Source of the DNA: an uncultured Aliarcobacter sp.
Lineage (GTDB): Bacteria > Campylobacterota > Campylobacteria > Campylobacterales > Arcobacteraceae
Length of the DNA: 64,000 nucleotides
Assembly: GCA_963664305.2 (NCBI GenBank)
Contig: CAXXLV010000001.1
Span: 352,001-416,000, forward strand
Direction of reading: 5' to 3'
This document shows, piece by piece, positions 34,990-42,951 of this stretch; position 1 is the first letter of the stretch; the number at the start of each line of letters is the position of its first letter. Both the position numbers and the translations under genes were made by a program. Under the pieces are notes generated by a model. It saw only the letters and a program-made list of their open reading frames with translations. It ran no database searches and was not told the origin of the DNA.

Positions 34990-35730
34990 TTAATGAGTTA
35001 AAATTTCATTTAAAAATTTTTTTGCTCTATCACTTTTTGGATTGTTAAAAAACTCTTCTGGTGTACTTTGTTCAATAATTACACCATGGTCCATAAATAC
35101 TATTCTATCTCCTACTTCTTTTGCAAAACCCATTTCATGAGTTACACAAACAATTGTAAAATTCTCTCGTGCTAAATCTTTCATTACAGATAAAACATCT
35201 CCAATTGTTTCTGGATCTAAAGCACTTGTTGGTTCATCAAATAAAATTATCTTTGGTTTCATTGCTAAACTTCTAGCAATTGCAACCCTCTGTTTTTGTC
35301 CACCACTTAAATCGCTTGGATATGAATTTGCTTTATGTTCAAGTTTAACTTTTTTAAGCAATTCAATAGCAACTTCAGCAGCTTCACTTTTTTTTGTCTT
35401 TTTCACCAACGTGGGAGCTAGAATAATATTTTCTAAAATAGTTAAATGTGGAAACAAATTAAAATGTTGAAAAACCATTCCTACTTCGCTTCTAATCATT
35501 TGAAGATTTTTTTTACTTCCATGAATATCTATATTATCTACGATAATAGTTCCATCATCAATATCTTCTAAACCATTAATACATCGAATTAGTGTTGATT
35601 TCCCAGAACCACTTGGTCCACAAATCACAACAATTTCACCCTTTTGTACACTAAAATCAATATTTTTTAACACATGAAATTTGTCGTAAAATTTATTGAT
35701 TTTTGACATTGAGATTATATTTTCAATCAT
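34990..35730 (-). CDS. Polar amino acid ABC transporter ATP-binding protein (GlnQ-like)
   Basis: [27 protein letters not shown] and VTHEMGFA. Confidence 0.92.
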   Translation of the reverse strand: MIENIISMSKINKFYDKFHVLKNIDFSVQKGEIVVICGPSGSGKSTLIRCINGLEDIDDGTIIVDNIDIHGSKKNLQMIRSEVGMVFQHFNLFPHLTILENIILAPTLVKKTKKSEAAEVAIELLKKVKLEHKANSYPSDLSGGQKQRVAIARSLAMKPKIILFDEPTSALDPETIGDVLSVMKDLARENFTIVCVTHEMGFAKEVGDRIVFMDHGVIIEQSTPEEFFNNPKSDRAKKFLNEILTH

Positions 35731-35877
35731 TAAACCTCTCTTTTAATTTTACTAAAGAGTAATAATACTAAACTTATCATTAAATGCAAACATCATTTAT
35801 ATATAATAATTATACAATTTATATATAATTTAATCTAAGAAAGTTTATAATCCACTTTTTTATTTGGGAGATATTAG

Positions 35878-36768
35878 ATGCAATTATCAAAAACAAAAGA
35901 ATTAAAAGCTGATTTATTATTATTGTCAGTTGCTATTGCTTGGGGTGTAACCTTTTTAATGGTTCAAGATGCTATTAATACAACACCTGTTTATTCATTT
36001 TTATTTTTTAGATTTACTTTAGCCTCAATTATAATGTTTATTATCTCTTATAAATTTCTAAAATATACTAACTTAAAAACTATGTTTTATGGAATAGTTT
36101 TAGGTATTTTTTTATTTAGTGCCTTTGCAACTCAAACTTTTGGATTAATTTATACACCAAGTTCTATCGTTGCATTTATTACAGGATTAAATGTAATTTT
36201 TGTACCATTTTTAACTTATCTATTTTTTAAAGATAAAATTAAAATCAACGTACTTATTGCAACTTTTGTTGCTGTAATTGGACTTTATTTATTAACTATG
36301 TCAGGAACATTAACTTTTGAAAAAGGTGAATTTTTAACTCTAATTTGTGCTGTTTTATTTGCACTTCAAATTATCTTTACAGGAAAATTCTCAAAAGAGG
36401 TAAATGTATTTTTATTAGTTTTATTCCAACTAATCACTGTTTCTATTTTGTCTTTAATTTTTTCATTATCACTTGATAAAGTAACATTTGATATTCCTTA
36501 TGATTTTGCATTTTTTAAAGCTGTAATTATCACTGCAATCTTTGCAACTGTTTATGCTTTTTTAATACAAACTTATATGCAACAATTCACAACAGCAACA
36601 AAAACAGCAATCATTTTTACTATGGAGCCAGTAAGTGCTGCAATTTTTGCGTATTTAACTGCAAATGAAATTTTAACAATCATTCAATTTTGTGGGGCTG
36701 TTTTAATAATTATTGCCACACTAATTGCAGAAATAAAATTTAACAACAAAACTAAACATAACGTATAG
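35878..36768 (+). CDS. EamA/DMT family transporter
   Basis: About 10 TM segments in two repeats; AWGVTF and IFTMEPV. Confidence 0.88.
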   Translation: MQLSKTKELKADLLLLSVAIAWGVTFLMVQDAINTTPVYSFLFFRFTLASIIMFIISYKFLKYTNLKTMFYGIVLGIFLFSAFATQTFGLIYTPSSIVAFITGLNVIFVPFLTYLFFKDKIKINVLIATFVAVIGLYLLTMSGTLTFEKGEFLTLICAVLFALQIIFTGKFSKEVNVFLLVLFQLITVSILSLIFSLSLDKVTFDIPYDFAFFKAVIITAIFATVYAFLIQTYMQQFTTATKTAIIFTMEPVSAAIFAYLTANEILTIIQFCGAVLIIIATLIAEIKFNNKTKHNV

Positions 36769-37630
36769 GTAAATAATAGTCTAAAATAAACTCTTCATCG
36801 CTACTTAAAAAATGATTTTTATGATAAATAGTGTATGAAGGGCTTGGCGTTGTTTCATATCCACTTTCTATTAACCATGTATGATAAACCCATTGAATTA
36901 ATTTTATAACATCACCATACTTTCCAGTTAATGAAAATTTTGCATAAATACCTTTTGGAATTATCAAAGTAGGAAGTGATAAATCTTTTAGTTGTTCTTC
37001 TTCATTTTCTAAAACTACTATTGCAATATATTGACACTCTTCAAGTGGAGTAATAATTGGATTATCATGATGTAAAGCCATTTGTTTATACTCTTTAATA
37101 TCATTTGTATAAATCCATGTTTGAAGTTTTTGCCATGTTTTTTTAATACTTCTATCATAACCTTTATGTCTTATATAATAACCTTTTATTTCAGGCATTT
37201 TTACAATAGTTTGTTCTATCTTTGAAAAATCTATTGTTTCATTGTTTGTAGATATTTTTTCAACAATTTTATTTGAATACTCTTTATAACCACCATTTTT
37301 CCACATCTTTGGAGTCATTAAAAATCTCTCTTTAAATGCTCGTAAAAATGAAGTTTGAGAACTATATCCTGTCATTTTTGATATATCTGTAATAGTTGAA
37401 TATTTATTTGTTATTAGTAAATTTGCAGCTTTTTCAAGTCTTATTGATTTTATACTTTCATAAATATTTTTTCCAAATTCCTCTTTAAATATTCTATGAA
37501 GATGGAATTTACTTATATCAAGTTCCAAACTTAGTTCATCAATATTTATATTTGTTTCTATATATTTATATATATAATTCATCACATCATTTGCGATTCT
37601 TGCTCGTTTTTCATAAGTTGATTTTTTCAT
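36752..37630 (-). CDS. AraC family regulator with a C-terminal GyrI-like effector domain; probable start ATG 37630
   Basis: N-terminal HTH (ISKFHLHRIFK, IRLEKAA, GYSSQTSFLRAFK); HDNP..TP and G.YAKF GyrI-like region. Confidence 0.88.
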   Translation of the reverse strand: MKKSTYEKRARIANDVMNYIYKYIETNINIDELSLELDISKFHLHRIFKEEFGKNIYESIKSIRLEKAANLLITNKYSTITDISKMTGYSSQTSFLRAFKERFLMTPKMWKNGGYKEYSNKIVEKISTNNETIDFSKIEQTIVKMPEIKGYYIRHKGYDRSIKKTWQKLQTWIYTNDIKEYKQMALHHDNPIITPLEECQYIAIVVLENEEEQLKDLSLPTLIIPKGIYAKFSLTGKYGDVIKLIQWVYHTWLIESGYETTPSPSYTIYHKNHFLSSDEEFILDYYLPIRYV

Positions 37631-37754
37631 AAAAACAATTATAACAATAAATGTATATAAAAATAGCAAAAATAGATAATAATAAAAGCATTTTATGTAA
37701 AGAATAAAAGAGAAAATTGCTGTATTCTTTCAAAAAAAATTTAAAAGGATATAT

Positions 37755-38861
37755 ATGAAAAGATCATTTATTAGAGAAATCCTTGAAGCAATCGATGAAG
37801 AGACTATTTCCTTTGCAGGTGGACTTCCAAGTGAAAAACTATTTCCAGCTGAAGATATAAAAATAGCAACATTAAAAGCTATGGAAAATCCAAAAATATA
37901 CCAATATGGAATTAGTAATGGAATTAATGAATTAAGAACTCAAATTGCAGCTCGTTATACAAAAGAGGGATTTCCTACAACTAAAGATAATATTTTAATT
38001 ACAACAGGAAGCCAACAAGCTATGTATATTCTTGCTAAATATTTTGAAGGTAAAGATATTACTATAGAAGAACCTTCATATTTAGGAGCAATGAATATAT
38101 TTAGACTAAATCACTTAAATATGCAAGGTGTAAAACTTGAAAATGATGGAGTTAACGTAGAAGCATTTGAGAATAGCTTTAAAAATACAAAATTAACTTA
38201 TCTAATTCCAGATTTTCAAAATCCATCTGCAACAACTTATAGTGAAGAAAAAAGAGAAAAAATTGCAGATATTATAAAAAAATATGATGGAATTTTAATA
38301 GAAGATTCTCCTTATGGTGAACTTTTCTTTGATAAAAAAAATGTATCTATGAGTTCAAAACTTCCTAAAAACTCTTTCCACTTAGGAAGTTTTTCAAAAA
38401 CTTTAGTTCCAAGTCTTAGAATTGGTTGGATTAGAGCTGATGAAGAGTTATTAAAATCATTAATGATTATAAAAGAGAGTATAGATTTACACTCTTGTGG
38501 AATTTCTCAATATATCTTAACTGAATATTTAAAAGATGAAGAAAAATATGAAAAACATCTTCAAGATATTAGAGATGATTATGAGAAAAAAGCAAACTTC
38601 TTTTCAGAACAATTAAATCTAATTATGCCTGAGTTCAAACATGAAAAACCAAGAGGTGGAATGTTCTTATATGGAACTTTTGGAGATGGAATTGATACAT
38701 TTGCACTTGTTCAAGAATGTTTAAAAAAGAAAGTTGTTTTTGTTCCAGGAAATCAATTTTATATTGATAAAATTCCAAATGGAGAGATAAGATTTAACTA
38801 CACTCATTCTAATTTTGAACAAATTGAAAAAGGTATTAAACTTATTAAAAGTTGTCTATAA
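37755..38861 (+). CDS. PLP-dependent aminotransferase, class I/II (LysN/Aro8-like)
   Basis: ISFAGGLP, TTGSQQA, PDFQNP, EDSPY and SFSKTLVPSLRIGW. Confidence 0.88.
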   Translation: MKRSFIREILEAIDEETISFAGGLPSEKLFPAEDIKIATLKAMENPKIYQYGISNGINELRTQIAARYTKEGFPTTKDNILITTGSQQAMYILAKYFEGKDITIEEPSYLGAMNIFRLNHLNMQGVKLENDGVNVEAFENSFKNTKLTYLIPDFQNPSATTYSEEKREKIADIIKKYDGILIEDSPYGELFFDKKNVSMSSKLPKNSFHLGSFSKTLVPSLRIGWIRADEELLKSLMIIKESIDLHSCGISQYILTEYLKDEEKYEKHLQDIRDDYEKKANFFSEQLNLIMPEFKHEKPRGGMFLYGTFGDGIDTFALVQECLKKKVVFVPGNQFYIDKIPNGEIRFNYTHSNFEQIEKGIKLIKSCL

Positions 38862-38883
38862 AAAAGGCTCTAAAGCCTTTTTT
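38860..38883. terminator. Bidirectional intrinsic terminator
   Basis: AAAAAAGGCT-ctaa-AGCCTTTTTT between convergent genes. Confidence 0.75.
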
Positions 38884-38884
38884 A

Positions 38885-40042
38885 TTAGAATTTATAAGAA
38901 ACATAAAGTCTTGATCTATAACTCTCTTCAGCCAATTTATCATAAGTAGCAACTACTAAAGTTGTAGATAAATTTTTATTAAAACTATATTTAGTTACAA
39001 AATCTGTTTCAGATGCTCTTTTTTCATCACCTGTTTTCCATGCATAATATTGTACGTCAAATGATAAATCATCTAATATCTTATATCCAGCAGCTAATTT
39101 ATAAGCATCAGTATCTGCTGTATAAACTCCACCATAAATCCATGAAGCAGTATATAAATAATCAGCTCCATTTCCAATTCCAGGATAGATATCACCACTT
39201 TCATCAATATTTGTATATGCAGTACCTAAAGATAATTTTCCTAAATTAACATCTAAATTAATTCCGTATTCTTTACCTCTTGAATTTGTATCTTCACCGT
39301 TATCTGTTTGATATGATTGAAGTCCAATTGTGAATGGTTTAATATCATATGCTGTAGCGATATAAAATGCTTTTGTATCATCAGTAGAATCATTACTATT
39401 TAACTGTAAATATTGAGTATCTACATTTAAATTTTCAATTGATTTATTATTCACATATAAAGTATAAGCTCCATCTTCAATTTGTTCGAAATCAGAAACT
39501 TTTTTTACTTCATTTCCACCTGATGCAATATTTGTTCTATATTGTTCTTTATCAACATATGCAGCTAAAATTGTTGTATTTGGTAAATCACTATTTGTTA
39601 CAACAACTCCTTCAAATGCCTCTTTAAATATTCTAGAACCAGAACCTTCTAATAATGGAGTTGAAATATATTGTCTTCCAACTTTTACACTTGAATTATC
39701 AATTGTATATTGAATATAAGCTTGTGATAATACAGCTCCCGAAACATTTTGGTCTTTATTATATGCAGTTGTTGCATTATCTAAATCATCAGCAGTTACA
39801 GTTGAAGCTTGAACTGTAACACCTGCATTAAATCCATAAAAATCTCCAGTTACATATGATAAATTCCCACCATTAGTCCAAATACTAACTTTTTTGTCAG
39901 ATACTTCTTTTTGAAAATATTGAGATTTGATTTCACCACTTACTTTTCCCTCTTCAAATGCCTTTGCAAGAGTATCAGCACTAAATGCTTGTGTAGATAA
40001 AATTAAACTTGTAACTATTCCTAATTTTGTTATTTTTCTCAT
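38885..40042 (-). CDS. Outer membrane porin (OprD-like / Campylobacterota MOMP-like beta-barrel)
   Basis: Signal peptide, KVGRQYISTPL, amphipathic beta strands and C-terminal YVSYKF BAM signal. Confidence 0.82.
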   Translation of the reverse strand: MRKITKLGIVTSLILSTQAFSADTLAKAFEEGKVSGEIKSQYFQKEVSDKKVSIWTNGGNLSYVTGDFYGFNAGVTVQASTVTADDLDNATTAYNKDQNVSGAVLSQAYIQYTIDNSSVKVGRQYISTPLLEGSGSRIFKEAFEGVVVTNSDLPNTTILAAYVDKEQYRTNIASGGNEVKKVSDFEQIEDGAYTLYVNNKSIENLNVDTQYLQLNSNDSTDDTKAFYIATAYDIKPFTIGLQSYQTDNGEDTNSRGKEYGINLDVNLGKLSLGTAYTNIDESGDIYPGIGNGADYLYTASWIYGGVYTADTDAYKLAAGYKILDDLSFDVQYYAWKTGDEKRASETDFVTKYSFNKNLSTTLVVATYDKLAEESYRSRLYVSYKF

Positions 40043-40137
40043 GTTTTTTCTCCCCTGAATTAATTTTTTTCTAAAGGAAATTTATCATTTTGAAGTGTGT
40101 ATAAAGTAGCTAAAAAGAGTTTACTGAAGGAAAAAAA

Positions 40138-40172
40138 AGATTAATTTTTAGAAATAAATCTAAAATTAATCT
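40138..40172 (-). terminator. AT-rich hairpin after dedA
   Basis: AGATTAATTTTTAGA...TCTAAAATTAATCT inverted repeat, preceded on the plus strand by an A run (U tract on the minus strand). Confidence 0.45.
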
Positions 40173-40777
40173 TATATAATTTTTGCTTTTTTTGCTCTTT
40201 TGTAATAAAAAAAGCATAAAATTGAAACTAGAAGTAAAAGTATGATGATAATATAATGTAAATACTCTTTTATCAATCCTTCATTATCTCCTAAGAAATA
40301 ACCTAGCATTGCTAAAATTATAACCCAAATTCCTGCACCTAAACTTGTATATAAACAAAATACAAAAAGGTTCATTTTTGCTAAACCAGCAGGGAAAGAG
40401 ATATATTGTCTAATTACAGGTATTAATCTTCCTGAAAAAGTTGAGATATGACCATGAGCTTTAAAGAATTTTTCCATTTTTACAATAGTTTCTTCTTTAA
40501 CAAAAAAATATTTACCATATTTTATTAAGACTTTTCGCCCTAATTTTATAGCAAGATAATAGTTAAACAAAGCGCCAGCTAAAGAACCTAATATTCCAAA
40601 AAGAATAACTAGATACATATTCATTTCACCCTTGTATGCCAAATAACCTGCTGGTATCATAACAACTTCTGAAGGAAATGGGAAAAAAGAACTTTCTAAA
40701 AACATCATAATAAAAATACCTATATAGCCTAAACTTCCTACAGTTTCAACTATAAAATTGATTATATTAGCTAGCAA
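40172..40777 (-). CDS. DedA family membrane protein
   Basis: [19 protein letters not shown] and [16 protein letters not shown]. Confidence 0.9.
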   Translation of the reverse strand: MLANIINFIVETVGSLGYIGIFIMMFLESSFFPFPSEVVMIPAGYLAYKGEMNMYLVILFGILGSLAGALFNYYLAIKLGRKVLIKYGKYFFVKEETIVKMEKFFKAHGHISTFSGRLIPVIRQYISFPAGLAKMNLFVFCLYTSLGAGIWVIILAMLGYFLGDNEGLIKEYLHYIIIILLLLVSILCFFYYKRAKKAKII

Positions 40778-40786
40778 GAGGTTCCT

Positions 40787-41305
40787 TTAGATTAATTTCT
40801 TCCATTTTGAAATAGAATTATTTATAAGTTCAAAGATTTTTTCATTTGTAGGTTCAGTTTCATCAAAATAGTCAGATACAATTTTTAGAACATAATAATC
40901 TTTGATATTTTCTTTACAAATTTCAGAAAAAAACAAAGCTTGTTTATCCACAAGCAAAGTATCTAAATCTTCATCTGTTTCAAGATTTTTTTCTACAGTA
41001 GTAATATTAGCAAAGTTCAAACCACCAACAAAACGGTTTGTACAAAAAAGTGTTCCTAAAGCAATACTTCCATCACTACAAGAAGCTATACTTAAATCAA
41101 ATGCTTTTGAGATTGAGTAGTTTTTAAAGATATAATCTAATGACTTAACTATTAAATCTTTACTTGTTCCAGATATTATTAGTAAAGTATCATCGTTAGA
41201 ATATATTTTGTTTTCACAAGTAGTTTCTAATTCTTTTAAATTAAAAAAATCGATAATCGGTTTTGCTTCGATTATCGATGTTGTGTGAATTAAGATTTGA
41301 GACAT
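40787..41305 (-). CDS. Hypothetical protein with a degenerate nucleoside phosphorylase/MTAN-like fold
   Basis: IEAKPII, ITTV and LKIVSD resemble PNP_UDP-family segments, but the usual DME motif reads DKQ. Confidence 0.5.
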   Translation of the reverse strand: MSQILIHTTSIIEAKPIIDFFNLKELETTCENKIYSNDDTLLIISGTSKDLIVKSLDYIFKNYSISKAFDLSIASCSDGSIALGTLFCTNRFVGGLNFANITTVEKNLETDEDLDTLLVDKQALFFSEICKENIKDYYVLKIVSDYFDETEPTNEKIFELINNSISKWKKLI

Positions 41306-41335
41306 AAATCAGAACTAAGACTAAGTCTTAATTTA

Positions 41336-41692
41336 CTATTTTTTTAACTCTTTAATTCTTGCAGCTTTACCTTTTAATCCTCTTAAGAAGTGAAGTTTAG
41401 CTCTTCTTACTCTTCCTTTTCTTACAACTTCAAAAGTTTTTAAAGACTCAGAGTATAATGGGAAAATTCTTTCTACACCAATTGAATTTGCACCGATTTT
41501 TCTAACTGTGAAAGTAGCATCAACACCATTTCCACTTCTAGCAATAACAATACCTTCAAAAAGCTGAATTCTTTTTTTCTCACCTTCTTTAATTTCAACA
41601 CCAAGTCTTACAGTATCTCCTGCTTTGAACTGTGGAATTTGTTTTTCTGCAATTTGCGCTGCTTCAAAGCTTGCAATGTATCTATTTTTCAT
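41336..41692 (-). CDS. rplS: 50S ribosomal protein L19; start ATG 41692
   Basis: [33 protein letters not shown] and [17 protein letters not shown]. Confidence 0.97.
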   Translation of the reverse strand: MKNRYIASFEAAQIAEKQIPQFKAGDTVRLGVEIKEGEKKRIQLFEGIVIARSGNGVDATFTVRKIGANSIGVERIFPLYSESLKTFEVVRKGRVRRAKLHFLRGLKGKAARIKELKK

Positions 41693-41709
41693 TGTATTTC
41701 CCTTTGGCG

Positions 41710-41748
41710 AAAGTGCCCGCATTTGCAACTTGCGGGGTATCACACTTT
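41710..41748 (-). ncRNA. Candidate structured cis-regulatory RNA between trmD and rplS
   Basis: GC-rich island in an AT-rich genome; minus strand AAAGUG-ugauac-CCCGCA-aguugcaaa-UGCGGG-CACUUU, a two-helix hairpin. Confidence 0.5.
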
Positions 41749-42437
41749 TATTTAAATTTTTTGTTTGTAACTAAACCTGGTCTAAAGTATTTTGTTTTGC
41801 AAATAGCCAGATTGGTTTTTAGGTCGGCAATTTTACTATGGTTTCCCTTTAAAAATTCTTTAACTACACTTAAATTTTGAAAATTTTCAGGTTTTGTAAA
41901 AGATGGTGCTTCAAGCATATTATTTTCATAGCTTTCAACATCCAAAGAATCAGCATTTCCAAGTACATTATCAACATTTCTAGAAATTGCATCTGCCATT
42001 ACTGTTGAAGCTAATTCTCCTCCTGTTAAAATATAATCACCAATACTAAATACTTCATTTGCATATTTTTCAATAACTCTTTCATCAATTCCTTCATATC
42101 TTCCACTTACAAATACAATATTTTTTTTCTTTGCTAATCTTTTTGCATCATTTTGTTTAAATGGTTTTGCAGCTGCTAGTGGAAATATAATATAGGCATC
42201 TTCATTTTTCTTTTTTATTTCATCTAAACAATCAAATAATGGTTGACAAAAAAGAAGCATACCTGCTCCTCCTCCTACAATTTGGTCATCAACCTTTTTA
42301 TGTTTATTAGTTGTAAAATCTCTTGGATTATAAAACTCGTAAGATATAAAATTTGATTCAACTGCTCTTTTTAAAATAGAATCTTGAAAATATGGTTCTA
42401 TAAGATTTGGGAAAAGTGTTACAAATGTAAATTTCAA
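41748..42437 (-). CDS. trmD: tRNA (guanine-N1)-methyltransferase TrmD (TTG start)
   Basis: VTLFP, VDD...[16 protein letters not shown] and [11 protein letters not shown]. Confidence 0.95.
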   Translation of the reverse strand: MKFTFVTLFPNLIEPYFQDSILKRAVESNFISYEFYNPRDFTTNKHKKVDDQIVGGGAGMLLFCQPLFDCLDEIKKKNEDAYIIFPLAAAKPFKQNDAKRLAKKKNIVFVSGRYEGIDERVIEKYANEVFSIGDYILTGGELASTVMADAISRNVDNVLGNADSLDVESYENNMLEAPSFTKPENFQNLSVVKEFLKGNHSKIADLKTNLAICKTKYFRPGLVTNKKFK

Positions 42438-42487
42438 AATAAAATCTAGCCTTTTTTAGTTGAAATATTAACATATTTATTTTTATT

Positions 42488-42493
42488 TATAAT
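42488..42493 (+). promoter_or_regulatory. Putative -10 box driving the leader ORF-metE transcript
   Basis: TATAAT about 50 nt upstream of the leader ORF start; no comparable -10 seen between the leader ORF and metE. Confidence 0.45.
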
Positions 42494-42544
42494 TAAGCAT
42501 TTATTCTTTACACTTCCCACCTTATTTAAATAAAAGGTTATTAC

Positions 42545-42889
42545 TTGAAATTACTAAACGGTTTTGGGAAAAAGTATTTTACACTTTCTTCAATACAAGC
42601 ACACTCTGTTGCACCAAAATTACATAGTATTGTTACATCTAGTAAAAATTATTTAAATAAAAAATTATCGATATCTTCAGAATGTGATGAAGAGGAAGAA
42701 TCACCTCCAAATCTTCAAGAAAATTTATCATTACCTATTTTATTAAATTCGAAACCTTGTCACTGTGATTGTTTTTTTAAAAGAAGAACTGCACTAGCAG
42801 TAAGTCTATTTAAATTTATTCCAAGATGTCCATTTTATTGCACATTTTTTGCTTTTAGAAGAACGGGTGTTCATCCTCCTATTACTTAA
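42545..42889 (+). CDS. Cys-rich leader ORF upstream of metE; candidate ribosome-arrest regulatory peptide
   Basis: AAAGG RBS 7 nt before TTG; 114 open codons in very AT-rich DNA; CHCDC and CPFYC motifs; C-terminal RRTGVHPPIT; 3' end complementary to the metE RBS and start region. Confidence 0.7.
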   Translation: MKLLNGFGKKYFTLSSIQAHSVAPKLHSIVTSSKNYLNKKLSISSECDEEEESPPNLQENLSLPILLNSKPCHCDCFFKRRTALAVSLFKFIPRCPFYCTFFAFRRTGVHPPIT

Positions 42890-42951
42890 TTAATCTAACA
42901 ACTTAACAAAAATATTTAAACAATAAATTATTAATAATCAAAGGATTAATT

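Noticed and set aside
37661..37700. AGCA direct repeats 22 nt apart as AraC-type binding sites for the divergent aminotransferase
   Set aside because: Too short and degenerate to separate from background in AT-rich DNA.
42490..42951. Cobalamin or SAM riboswitch upstream of metE
   Set aside because: I could not see a B12 box or SAM-I/II core by eye, and the region is occupied by an ORF with an RBS. An Rfam scan would be needed to exclude one formally.
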